Origin: a virus
Strand: one strand, 5' to 3'
Length of the DNA: 64,000 nucleotides
IMG/VR virus record: IMGVR_UViG_3300045988_175441
Location: 9,959 to 73,958 of that record
Part shown: piece by piece, positions 18,044 to 26,600 of the stretch
Layout: each line of letters starts with the position of its first letter
Numbering within the stretch: the first letter of the stretch is position 1
The notes under the pieces: generated by a model
Seen by the model: the letters and a program-made list of their open reading frames with translations, nothing else
What the model was told of the DNA's origin: nothing
The model's database searches: none
Position numbers and translations under genes: made by a program

Positions 18044-19159
18044 TTAGACAATCCCTTGCTCTAGCAACTCTTTACTTGCTACAGTCAAGTTGGCTTTCAA
18101 TGCTGTTAAGTTGTTCATGTAGTGGTAAGGGCATTTTTCTGCCATTTCAAGAATACTGTTGAGCTGACGAACTAACAAATTGATTGTCTCAATCCCTTCA
18201 TCAAGTTTGCTATCTTTCTTTTCCTCACGTTCTGCTTCTAGGCGTTGAAGCTCTTTTTTAGCAGAATGAAGGAGTGGTTCAAGCTCTTTTGCATGGTTTC
18301 TATACGATACGATCATTTCGTCATAGTTTGCACTTGCAAATGAACCTACAAAGTCATAGACACTACTTTCTCCGTCCAAAAGACGTTTGATACGTTCACA
18401 AAGACCTTGAATATCTGAGCATACAGTCAAACTAGTTTGTTCTACGCTCTGAATAGTTGAATTAGCAACGCTATAGGCAATAAAGAAGTCGTCAGAAAAA
18501 ATAGTTTTGTTCAGGTCATCTTCCTGTGGCGCGTGTTTTGAAGCGTTGTAAGCAATAACCATATCGTTATAAACTCCACCTAGACACTCAGAAACAGTTT
18601 CTACTGCTGTTCGGTATTTCTCAGGTAGGTTGGAAGGAGCAAGGTCAAAGCTCTCTTGAATTTTTACAATTCCCCCTTCCAAACCAAGCAACGGTGCAAT
18701 AATACTATTGTTTAAAATTTCGTAGATACCATGTAATGTTTGAAGGCTTTGCGTAATTCTTGCTCTAGTATCTTCAACATAAACGTGTTTTAAAGTTTCA
18801 TTGACTTTCTCAATGTTCGCAAGCAAGTTCGCTCGGATTTTGTAAAGTTGATCCGTGGTATCTAAATATTGCAAACGGAAGGAAAGGTAGTCTGCATTGG
18901 TACGGATATAGGCAACTTTGTTAGCTAAGTCTTGAATAAGTTCATCTCCACTATCCAAAGATGGATAAAGAGAATCATTTTTCCAGTTTTCTTCTAGTTC
19001 ATCTGCTAAATCTTCCTTTCCACCATCACGCAAAGCCCAAAGGATTTCATCTGGGAACATACACGTCTCAGAATGGTATTTATCCTCTACAATTATTGCA
19101 ATGTTACGAAAAGCTCCTGCTGTCTCATAAGCAAAGTCTCGTTGTTTTTCACTTAACAT
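18044..19159 (-). CDS. Paralogue family member 3 (371 aa)
   Basis: See 16911..18011. Contains KKELQRLEAEREEKKDSKLDEGIETI and MAEKCPYHY. Confidence 0.75.
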   Translation of the reverse strand: MLSEKQRDFAYETAGAFRNIAIIVEDKYHSETCMFPDEILWALRDGGKEDLADELEENWKNDSLYPSLDSGDELIQDLANKVAYIRTNADYLSFRLQYLDTTDQLYKIRANLLANIEKVNETLKHVYVEDTRARITQSLQTLHGIYEILNNSIIAPLLGLEGGIVKIQESFDLAPSNLPEKYRTAVETVSECLGGVYNDMVIAYNASKHAPQEDDLNKTIFSDDFFIAYSVANSTIQSVEQTSLTVCSDIQGLCERIKRLLDGESSVYDFVGSFASANYDEMIVSYRNHAKELEPLLHSAKKELQRLEAEREEKKDSKLDEGIETINLLVRQLNSILEMAEKCPYHYMNNLTALKANLTVASKELLEQGIV

Positions 19160-19194
19160 GGTTTATACCTCGTTTTTCTATTTTTATATTTCTA

Positions 19195-19233
19195 GTATAG
19201 CTCATGTTTTTATTTTTGTGTGAACAGGCTCAT
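19195..19233 (-). promoter_or_regulatory. Promoter/operator element shared with 43859..43899
   Basis: Minus strand reads ATGAGCCTGTTCAC-N16-GAGCTATACTAG. The 14-mer is identical and the spacing is the same as in the plus-strand copy upstream of 43933. Confidence 0.55.
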
Positions 19234-19321
19234 AAAAAAAGACTGTTTACATTTTTTCCTGAAAGTGGGGTAAAATAAAAATTGTTTTTAAAAAGGGGAG
19301 CTTTTATTTATTTACTCTCTC

Positions 19322-19360
19322 TCTCAATAATAATAGATATAGATATATATAGAGACGATT
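19322..19360. other. AT-rich tract next to the iterons (putative DNA unwinding element)
   Basis: CTCAATAATAATAGATATAGATATATATAGAGAC. Confidence 0.5.
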
Positions 19361-19403
19361 TTGACACCCTCTAAAAGCGCATGGTTGAGCGATTCTATTT
19401 TTA

Positions 19404-19557
19404 TTGCACAACCGAAAACTGGGGTTTGCACAACCGAAAACTGGGGTTTGCACAACCGAAAACTGGGGTTTGCACAACCGAAAACTGGGGTTTGCACAAC
19501 CGAAAACTGGGGTTTGCACAACCGAAAACTGGGGTTTGCACAACCGAAAACTGGGGG
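19404..19557 (+). repeat. Replication-origin iterons: 7 head-to-tail copies of a 22-bp unit
   Basis: TTGCACAACCGAAAACTGGGGT repeated at 19404, 19426, 19448, 19470, 19492, 19514 and 19536. The last copy ends in G. No spacers. Lies 200 bp upstream of the rep gene. Confidence 0.9.
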
Positions 19558-19759
19558 TTTTTCGTAATAATATAACTAAAATTATGCTAGTTGGCATAAA
19601 CAAAGGGAGCAAAAACGTTTTAAATTATATAAATACAAGCGATTATAGACAAAAAGCGTATAAAAAATAAAAAAAGTTAAACAACTTATAACTAAATGGT
19701 TGTTATCTTTTAGAAAATGTTATATACTAGGTTCGTAAATACAAGGAAAGATGATTATT

Positions 19760-21100
19760 ATGAGTGAATTAACAGAAAAAACAAACGAATTAGTGGAGAA
19801 TCAGTCTGTTACAGATTTAATTGATAAGCAGAGAAACATTCTTGCTAAGAGTAAAATTCTAAAGCTATCTAACCTAGCAAATAGAATGACACCAATCCAG
19901 AATGCTATTTTCTCTTTAGCCTTACGAAATGTAGTAATTGATGGGGATAGAGCTATAACAGAAGTTCAGGTATCAGAACTCCTAGAATTGATTAAAAGTT
20001 CTGAGTATAGCAAATTCAACAGAACAGCAATCAATAGAGATAAAAAAGCTATACAAGAAAACCATATCAATCTAATTGATGAAAAATTCTATGACAATGA
20101 TCCAAATGGAAAATCAATATCAATAGGACTTTTTAGCTATTTTGAATATGAGCGAGGAAAGTTTATAGGAGTATTTAATTCTACTCCTGACCGTAAAGGA
20201 AAGACACCTATTCTTGATATTTTAAAATCTCAGGAAGTAAATCCCTTGATGTATAACCTTAATACATTTTCAAAGTTATCTCCATCAGGTCAAATGTTAT
20301 ACGAGGAGCTTTTAATTTTTAGTGGACAGAATATTCGGTCTGCAAAATATGATATTGAAGGGTTGAAACAGTTGTTTAAGTCTAACGGAAAATCCATGAA
20401 CCGTTACTACACTATCAATCAAAAGCACCTAAAAGGAGCGATTGAAGATATTAACAAATATACTGATATGGACTTAGTTGTTAAACCTGTAAAAGAAGGG
20501 CGAGCTGTTACTGGGATTGAATTAGTCTGGTCTATTGATAAGATTAAGTTGCAGGCTACTGAAGATCAACGTAAGACGCTACATGAATTGTATGTTCAAC
20601 TTAAAAAACTAGAACCTACCTCAAAAGAAGATTTGTCTTTATTGTATAGACTTGAAAATCCTCACTTGGTAAGTAAACAGGAAGCGCAAGGGCTTATTTC
20701 GATAGCTATTGGACGAGTAAGAAGTTTAGCTATTGAACAACAACCTGCACTACCAAGTGTTCCAGAGAGAAAAGTAGTTGCTGATGTTGAGAAAGTAAAA
20801 GAGTTGTTCCCAAGTGTGGAGAAAAGACAACTTAATCTAGTTGCTACAACTATGCAGGACTTTCCAGAGGAAGAACAGGACGCTATCTTAGAGTATGCTT
20901 TGTTTTTAGGTAAACATAATAACGCTAGAAGCGTGAAATATATCCTACACCTTCTTAATGGTTGGTTTATCGAGGGGATAAAAACAAAAGCTCAAGCAGT
21001 TGCCCTTCACGACCAAAACTACGGAGAACCCCTACCAGATGTTAGCAAGATAGAAATTTCAGATGAATTTAGAAATGCTATGGACTTATGGAAGGACTAA
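19760..21100 (+). CDS. rep: Theta-type replication initiator (RepB/Rep_3-like N-domain, DnaD-like C-terminal domain)
   Basis: Position beside the iterons. N-terminal LAKSKILKLSNLANRMTPIQNAIFSLAL pattern and C-terminal AILEYALFLGKHNNARSVKYILHLLNGWFIEGIKTKAQA (DnaD/DnaB_2-like). ATG at 19760 is better spaced from AAGGAAAG than 19751. Confidence 0.7.
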   Translation: MSELTEKTNELVENQSVTDLIDKQRNILAKSKILKLSNLANRMTPIQNAIFSLALRNVVIDGDRAITEVQVSELLELIKSSEYSKFNRTAINRDKKAIQENHINLIDEKFYDNDPNGKSISIGLFSYFEYERGKFIGVFNSTPDRKGKTPILDILKSQEVNPLMYNLNTFSKLSPSGQMLYEELLIFSGQNIRSAKYDIEGLKQLFKSNGKSMNRYYTINQKHLKGAIEDINKYTDMDLVVKPVKEGRAVTGIELVWSIDKIKLQATEDQRKTLHELYVQLKKLEPTSKEDLSLLYRLENPHLVSKQEAQGLISIAIGRVRSLAIEQQPALPSVPERKVVADVEKVKELFPSVEKRQLNLVATTMQDFPEEEQDAILEYALFLGKHNNARSVKYILHLLNGWFIEGIKTKAQAVALHDQNYGEPLPDVSKIEISDEFRNAMDLWKD

Positions 21101-21103
21101 GCA

Positions 21104-21571
21104 ATGAAAATTCTAGCGATTGATCCATCTTCAAATTTTTACGAAACGTCCACAACAGGTATTATCCTACTAGACAACGAGGTTGAAATAAACCATTGGC
21201 TAGTAGGATATGGACGTGAAAATTTCAAGGCTTGGTATGATGAAATAGGCAAGAGCCTTGACTATGACGTGGTTGTAACGGAAAAGTTCACGGTCAGAGA
21301 GAATGACAGGGCAAGGGATAACACTCCTATCCAGACAATCGAAATGATACAAAAATGCTTCCCTGACACGAAGCTGATTAGTAACAACGAATATAAAACG
21401 ACTGTTCCTGATGAACTACTTAAACTCTTGAACCTATGGAAGTTCCCTGAAAATGGCAACCACAATGACTTGCGAGCGTCTGCAAGAATTGGCTTGCATT
21501 GGGCGATTATGACCGAACAAAGAGAGGTTATACAAGCTATCGGCAAGAGGGTTATCCCTGAACAAAAATAA
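21104..21571 (+). CDS. RuvC-like (RNase H fold) nuclease or resolvase candidate
   Basis: MKILAIDPSS, then VVVTEKF, then NHNDLRASARIGLHW. The order matches the RuvC D/E/(H)D catalytic residues. Confidence 0.55.
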   Translation: MKILAIDPSSNFYETSTTGIILLDNEVEINHWLVGYGRENFKAWYDEIGKSLDYDVVVTEKFTVRENDRARDNTPIQTIEMIQKCFPDTKLISNNEYKTTVPDELLKLLNLWKFPENGNHNDLRASARIGLHWAIMTEQREVIQAIGKRVIPEQK

Positions 21572-21574
21572 AAA

Positions 21575-21599
21575 GTTAGAGAAAACTCTAGCTTTTTTT
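21575..21599 (+). terminator. Rho-independent terminator
   Basis: GTTAGAG-AAAA-CTCTAGC stem followed by T7. Confidence 0.65.
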
Positions 21600-21606
21600 C
21601 TTTTCT

Positions 21607-21616
21607 GTGATATAAT
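21607..21616 (+). promoter_or_regulatory. Extended -10 promoter at the head of the transfer region
   Basis: TGTGATATAAT, followed by the small hairpin AGTCC-TTTCGC-GGACT (21633-21650). Confidence 0.5.
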
Positions 21617-21671
21617 TCATTTATAAGAACAAAGTCCTTTCGCGGACTAATAATTATCAAAAGGAGAACAG

Positions 21672-21872
21672 ATGGAAGTAAAAGCACTACCACTAAGGGC
21701 ATGGTTAGCATGGAAAAAAATCAGTCATAAGGAATTGGCTGAAATTGTAGATGTTTCCCCAAGGTCAGTCTCTAAATGGGCGACAGAGGGGTTAGTTCCA
21801 CTACCAAAGCACCAACGCAGAATTGCAGAAGCTCTAGGAGTTGAACTAGAGCAGATTGATTTTAAAAATTAA
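21672..21872 (+). CDS. Small HTH regulator (XRE-like)
   Basis: ISHKELAEIVDVSPRSVSKWATEG. Confidence 0.6.
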   Translation: MEVKALPLRAWLAWKKISHKELAEIVDVSPRSVSKWATEGLVPLPKHQRRIAEALGVELEQIDFKN

Positions 21873-21887
21873 AGAGAGGACTAAATT

Positions 21888-22520
21888 ATGGCAAAGAAAA
21901 CAAAAGAACCGTTTGATCCAAGCGCTTGGTTGAATGAAGCGCCTGCAACCAAGGAAGAAAAGCGAGAGAAACGCAAGGCAGAGCGTGAAGAAAAGAAAAA
22001 AGAGGGCAACAAGAAAGCTACAATCCCTAAGAAGAAAAAAGAAAAAGAGAATGACAACAAATTTAATCTGAAATATGGTATCTTTGTAGGAGCTTGTGTT
22101 GTAGCATTGGCAGGTTCAGGAGCTTGGGCTTTTGTTTCTCATAATGGGAACGCTAAATACAATGCTGACCTGATTGCTACTGCTAAGTCAGAGGTTGAAA
22201 AAGCTAAAGAGGAAGCAGAGCAAGAGGAAGAAAAGAAATACAGCCTTACGAAAGAGGAGTATGAGAAGAACGTTGATACAATTACAAAGAGTATCAAGAC
22301 ACTTTCTAAGAAAGACAATGGCGACTTAACAGGTTACTTTACGTCTAACAACAAAATCTACAAGGTTATCACTTATGACCGTGAGACAGGGCAGATGTAC
22401 GTTGTAGAAACAGACGAAAAGAACAAAGACAAAGACGTTAATAGCAATGGTAAACCATTATCTCTAAACAAGGATTGGATCAACACGCTAGTTGTACGTC
22501 TTGAAGCGCAAAAAAATTGA
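21888..22520 (+). CDS. Bitopic membrane protein, T4SS-associated; paralogue of the C-terminus of 6017..7276
   Basis: Lys/Glu-rich N-terminus, TM GIFVGACVVALAGSGAWAFV, and a shared LTGYFT..NK.Y....YD..TG block. Confidence 0.7.
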   Translation: MAKKTKEPFDPSAWLNEAPATKEEKREKRKAEREEKKKEGNKKATIPKKKKEKENDNKFNLKYGIFVGACVVALAGSGAWAFVSHNGNAKYNADLIATAKSEVEKAKEEAEQEEEKKYSLTKEEYEKNVDTITKSIKTLSKKDNGDLTGYFTSNNKIYKVITYDRETGQMYVVETDEKNKDKDVNSNGKPLSLNKDWINTLVVRLEAQKN

Positions 22521-22537
22521 TAAGGAAGGTTGATTGA

Positions 22538-23143
22538 ATGATTGAGTATTTTAAAAATCTATCTAATCGTGCTAAAGTTATCTGGTCTCTTTCGACTGTA
22601 GGAGTGATTGCTGTTGGGGTAACAGCCTTTATCTGGTTATCTCCTAAACCAAGTGCAGGAACAGACTTTCAACTAAAGGAAAGTACAGGAGTAGTCACTA
22701 CTACTGAACCTTCCTCAACTACTGAAATCTCAGAGAAACCTGCTTCTTACTACAACGACACTCACGCAAGAGCAGTTGAGAAGTTAGAGAAGCCAACAGA
22801 GGAAATCTCAGGCGAAAAGAGAGAAAAAGTCAAGGCAGGCATTGAAAGAGCGATTGCAGGATTGAAGAAAAATCCTGAGAACGTGGGTAGTGTTCAAGGT
22901 GGTTATAGCCCTACTACAAACTATATGGTACAGGGAATGCACCAAGCTCTTGAAGCAGGGTACGAAGTGAAGATAGATACACTTACGACTACAAAAAGCA
23001 ACCATGAGCATATCTATCAATTTGCAGTTGATATGGTTAGAAAAAAGGATAATAATTCTGTAACAGTTACAGGAAACTACAGCGAAGAATTGAACCAAAT
23101 TCAATTTTCTATCCTTGTAGGAGATATTCAGATTCAAAACTAA
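22538..23143 (+). CDS. Membrane-anchored protein, T4SS-associated; paralogue of 2291..2851
   Basis: TM VIWSLSTVGVIAVGVTAFIWL, plus the shared blocks listed at 2291. Confidence 0.7.
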   Translation: MIEYFKNLSNRAKVIWSLSTVGVIAVGVTAFIWLSPKPSAGTDFQLKESTGVVTTTEPSSTTEISEKPASYYNDTHARAVEKLEKPTEEISGEKREKVKAGIERAIAGLKKNPENVGSVQGGYSPTTNYMVQGMHQALEAGYEVKIDTLTTTKSNHEHIYQFAVDMVRKKDNNSVTVTGNYSEELNQIQFSILVGDIQIQN

Positions 23144-23199
23144 CCACACGATTATAAAATGCGACAACACAAAGAATAATCGGAAGGTAGAGAAATTTA

Positions 23200-25830
23200 A
23201 TGACAAAGAAACAAAACGTGAAAGTTTGTTACCACAAAGAGCGAACGAAAAAGTCAAGGTTTAGGAGCAAGTCTGCTCTAGTATTGGCTCTTTTTGTAGT
23301 AAATGCAGTCCATACGTCAGGAGTGATACCAGTTATTCGTGATGGCGTGATTGCTTATGCTGATGTTCACTACTCTTATTCTCCTGATGATGATTGTGGA
23401 GTGAACCAAGACGTAAAAGGTAAGAGCAAAAAAAACAACAAAGATAGCTCTACCTCTAATAGTCAGTCGTCAGATTCAATAGACGATACCGTTTGGACAA
23501 GAAAAGGTACGAAAGCCTATCAAAACGCCATAGACACGATCAACTTTTGGAAAGAGCAAGGTCTTTCAGGGGTTGAAATTGCAGGTATTATCGGAAATAT
23601 TGGTGGTGCTGAGAATACAACCTTTACCCTTGACCTGTCAGAAGAAGGTGGGGGAAGTGGTGGACTATATCGGTTTAACCCTTCTAGCAAATATACTAGT
23701 TGGAGTGGCTTTGATGGTAAATGGTCTGCTCAAAACCAAGGGGAGTTTGTCCTTTACTCAGAACCTCAATCTGTACTAGCGTATATTAACAAAAAGAACA
23801 CTAGTCCGTCTCAATCTGCTGAGGATTGGGCGAACCTATACGAACGACCAGACGCAGGAGCTTTGGCAAATAGCTTGCAAGCTCGTAAAGACGCTTCTGA
23901 AAAAGCCTACAAGGTCTTTGAACTAGATAAAATCGAAGGCGATTCTAAGAAGGTATCTACTTGGGGTGGCTCAAATGTTTCCCAAGATAAAAAGGTCAAA
24001 ATCTCGGCAGAAGATGGCAATAAAAAGGGAACTAAGATTGACCTTAAAGTTGCTATTAAGTGGTTTGAAGAAAGAGAAGGCAAGGTTACTTACAGTCAGG
24101 ACGCAGGTAGTAGAAAAGGTCCTCTGCAATATGACTGTTCTTCCTCAATCTACATGGCTTTAGTCGAAGGTGGAGCAGGTAAGACAGCAGGCGATTATCC
24201 AGTCTCTACAGAAACAGAACATGAGTGGCTTCTACAAAATGGCTTTACTAAAGTCTATGAAGGCAAGTGGGGAGACAAGGGAGACGTTAAAGAGGTCAAA
24301 AAAGGCGACATTATTATCTGGGGAACTAAAGGTTCTTCTGGTGGCGACTTAGGGCATACTATGATTATGTATGACAATGAGACTATTATCCATAGCTCGG
24401 CAGGTCATAACGGTATCGCTCGTGACACTTACTCTAAATACCGTGATGAAGCAACAGACCATCAGACAGTATATGTTTACCGTTACTCAGGTTCAACCAA
24501 CTTTAGCGAAGATGACGTTGAGAAGGTAGAAACAAAATGTAAACCTAAGTGTGCTTACAATGACAGTTCAGAACGTGTGAAAGGCACGAATAGCTCAACA
24601 GACAGCAGTACCTCTACTTCTGGTAGTAAAGATACAGCAACAATGTTGAATGAGTTTGCTAAAAAACATGAGCAAGCCTATGTTGAAAGTTGGCGTGTAG
24701 GTGGGTTCTTACCTTCTGCGTCTATCATTCAAACTATGATTGAGACTAGCTTCAATGAGAGCGTACCTTCATTCGGTCAGGCTCATAACATGGGTGGAGT
24801 TAAAACCTCTAAATTAGAGGACTTCTCAGAAACCATGAAGCTCTATGGTAAGGACGCTGTTGCCTTTTCAGGAGCAGGAACTACCGTTGGAGACAATACA
24901 GGTGGTACTTATACCTACTTCAAGAGTTTTGACGCAGGGATTGTAGGTAAAGCTGAGTTCATGGCACGTCAAACGCTCTATGACGGAGCGATTAACAACA
25001 CGGACGCAAAAGCAGTCTTTAAGGCTATTGCTGATGGTGGTTGGGCGACAGATTCAAGCTATCAAGTCTCACTAAATAAGATGTACGACCAGTACGGAGA
25101 ACAGCTCAAATGGTTAGATGAAAAAGCTATTGCTAAATATGGTAAGACACCATTTAAAAAAGGCTCTATTGCTGAAAGTAAAGATAAGGCAGTTGGGGCT
25201 AAGATGGGCGCTCATAGAGGTACAGCAGTTTGCGACACTAACAGCAGTTCTGGTGGTGGAGACGGTTGGCAAAAAGCAGGTGGTTCAACAAGCTATACTT
25301 TAAATCTGTGGTGGAAAAAAGATGACCTACCCCCTGAAATGCAACAATATGCTCTTGATCCAGAGAGTGTAGGATTGAAATGGCGTTCTAAAGTGGGTTG
25401 GGAAGGAGCTTCTGCTTATATTTCAAGTGGATATACCGACCAATGTACCACTCTAGCAAGTGCTTTGTTTGGGGCATTGTGGGAGAAAGACGGAAAAGCT
25501 ATGGGCGATTCTCACGGTATGACAGGTAACGGTGTTGAAATGGCTAAACAGGTTGCTTCTAAATTCGGTAAGAGTACAACCAGTACACCGACAAGTGGAG
25601 ATATTGTTTCTCTACAACCTAACCACGTTGCTATTGTCAGTCACGTTTTCGATAACGGAGATATTCTTCTAGTGGAGCAGAACGTTCCTAACTATTCAGG
25701 TAACGGAGATAGCTTCACTTGGAACTACTCTTATATCACAAAAGCTACCCAAAAAGCGAAGAACTACGAATTTTGGAATCCATCATCAGAAGGCTACAAA
25801 GTAACAAGCAAAGCTAAGTCAGTAGGCTAA
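23200..25830 (+). CDS. Multidomain peptidoglycan hydrolase (lysozyme-like + NlpC/P60 + glucosaminidase + CHAP)
   Basis: Four regions in order. (1) GIIGNIGGAENTTF..GGSGGLYRFNP. (2) LQYDCSSSIYMAL..GDIIIWG..GHTMIMYD..IHSS (Cys-His). (3) ASIIQTMIETSFNES..NMGGVK..GGWATDSSY (glucosaminidase-like). (4) YTDQCTTLASALF..GDIVSL..NHVAIVSHV..LVEQN (CHAP-like). Confidence 0.75.
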   Translation: MTKKQNVKVCYHKERTKKSRFRSKSALVLALFVVNAVHTSGVIPVIRDGVIAYADVHYSYSPDDDCGVNQDVKGKSKKNNKDSSTSNSQSSDSIDDTVWTRKGTKAYQNAIDTINFWKEQGLSGVEIAGIIGNIGGAENTTFTLDLSEEGGGSGGLYRFNPSSKYTSWSGFDGKWSAQNQGEFVLYSEPQSVLAYINKKNTSPSQSAEDWANLYERPDAGALANSLQARKDASEKAYKVFELDKIEGDSKKVSTWGGSNVSQDKKVKISAEDGNKKGTKIDLKVAIKWFEEREGKVTYSQDAGSRKGPLQYDCSSSIYMALVEGGAGKTAGDYPVSTETEHEWLLQNGFTKVYEGKWGDKGDVKEVKKGDIIIWGTKGSSGGDLGHTMIMYDNETIIHSSAGHNGIARDTYSKYRDEATDHQTVYVYRYSGSTNFSEDDVEKVETKCKPKCAYNDSSERVKGTNSSTDSSTSTSGSKDTATMLNEFAKKHEQAYVESWRVGGFLPSASIIQTMIETSFNESVPSFGQAHNMGGVKTSKLEDFSETMKLYGKDAVAFSGAGTTVGDNTGGTYTYFKSFDAGIVGKAEFMARQTLYDGAINNTDAKAVFKAIADGGWATDSSYQVSLNKMYDQYGEQLKWLDEKAIAKYGKTPFKKGSIAESKDKAVGAKMGAHRGTAVCDTNSSSGGGDGWQKAGGSTSYTLNLWWKKDDLPPEMQQYALDPESVGLKWRSKVGWEGASAYISSGYTDQCTTLASALFGALWEKDGKAMGDSHGMTGNGVEMAKQVASKFGKSTTSTPTSGDIVSLQPNHVAIVSHVFDNGDILLVEQNVPNYSGNGDSFTWNYSYITKATQKAKNYEFWNPSSEGYKVTSKAKSVG

Positions 25831-25834
25831 GAAA

Positions 25835-25860
25835 GAGAGGGTTTACCCCTCTTTTCTTTT
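25835..25860 (+). terminator. Rho-independent terminator (bulged stem)
   Basis: GAGAGGG-TTTA-CCCCTCT followed by a T-rich run. Confidence 0.5.
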
Positions 25861-25912
25861 TGCCCTTATGTCAAAAAAATAATCAAACGACACAAAAAAA
25901 TAATACAAATAC

Positions 25913-25941
25913 TTGACAAAATAATATTTTTGTGATTTAAT
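25913..25941 (+). promoter_or_regulatory. Promoter preceded by two box copies
   Basis: TTGACA-N17-TTTAAT with TGTGA upstream. Boxes AAAAAAATAATC (25873-25884) and ACACAAAAAAATAATA (25890-25905). Confidence 0.5.
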
Positions 25942-25989
25942 GATGGTGTAAAGTTAAGAAAGAGTTATTAAAGAAAGAGAGAAACAGTT

Positions 25990-26130
25990 ATGTCACTAAG
26001 AAATATTATTGATTCAACAGTTGCAGGACTTTTGGCAGTAAGTGTGAAAAATGCAGGAGACGGATATAAGAAGTCTAGCCATAAGTCTATTGTGGCGAAT
26101 AAGCCGATTAAGAAAGATTGGAGTAAATGA
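25990..26130 (+). CDS. Small protein, 46 aa (below the ORF-track cutoff)
   Basis: ATG after an A/G-rich SD-like stretch. Encodes MSLRNIIDSTVAGLLAVSVKNAGDGYKKSS.... Its stop is 1 nt from the next start. Confidence 0.4.
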   Translation: MSLRNIIDSTVAGLLAVSVKNAGDGYKKSSHKSIVANKPIKKDWSK

Positions 26131-26131
26131 A

Positions 26132-26440
26132 ATGAGAGAGTTATTATCTAAAATTTGGTATTATGGAACGTTGCCTATTTGGTGGTTCTTTACCTTCATC
26201 ACGTCAGACGTACTGACTAATATTTTCTGGGGTGGAGCTATCATTGGTGGGTTCGTGTTCTTGCTAACCTATAAAACAACTTATGAATGGTTGATATTTT
26301 CGTTTATGTGTGTATGTTGTGCAGGGGGTATGTGGTTCGCAGGTGTCTTCTATGGATTCTTGGGTAAAATCATAGTACGATTGATCCGTATTGTTCAAGG
26401 TTGGATTGACGGTGTTGACTATTCAGAATATGACGTTTAA
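26132..26440 (+). CDS. Small polytopic membrane protein, 102 aa
   Basis: ATG at 26132 lies 8 nt after GGAG. About 3 hydrophobic helices. The track start at 26051 has no SD. Confidence 0.6.
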   Translation: MRELLSKIWYYGTLPIWWFFTFITSDVLTNIFWGGAIIGGFVFLLTYKTTYEWLIFSFMCVCCAGGMWFAGVFYGFLGKIIVRLIRIVQGWIDGVDYSEYDV

Positions 26441-26454
26441 TAAGTAAAAGTAAA

Positions 26455-26482
26455 AGTCGCTCATAAGAGAGTGGCTTTTTTA
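26455..26482 (+). terminator. Rho-independent terminator
   Basis: AGTCGCTC-ATAA-GAGAGTGGCT (with G:U pairs) followed by T6. Confidence 0.55.
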
Positions 26483-26600
26483 TTGCTCTAGGCTAGAAAA
26501 ATCAAGATAAATCGCAAATTTAATACACAAAATCATAGTAAAGTAAAAAAACTATGGTATAATTAAGTAATGATAATAAAATGTTATTGAGGAGGATATT

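Noticed and set aside
19404-19557. Regularly spaced 22-bp direct repeats that could be mistaken for a CRISPR array.
   Set aside because: The repeats are contiguous with no spacers, lie next to an AT-rich tract and a rep gene, and no cas genes are present. This is an iteron origin.
19304-19670. Five overlapping track ORFs on both strands (for example 19304..19612 minus, 19361..19567 plus, 19404..19670 plus) with repetitive peptides such as NWGLHNRKLGFAQPKTGVCTTE.
   Set aside because: They are translations of the 7 x 22-bp iteron array in different frames. There is no SD, and the periodic peptide repeat follows the DNA repeat.
21262-21711. 149-aa minus-strand ORF antisense to the RuvC-like gene, plus similar short antisense ORFs such as 9751..10206, 22808..23257, 41482..41886 and 45048..45626.
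   Set aside because: Each is fully contained within, or antisense to, a longer ORF with recognisable motifs or operon context. They lack SDs.
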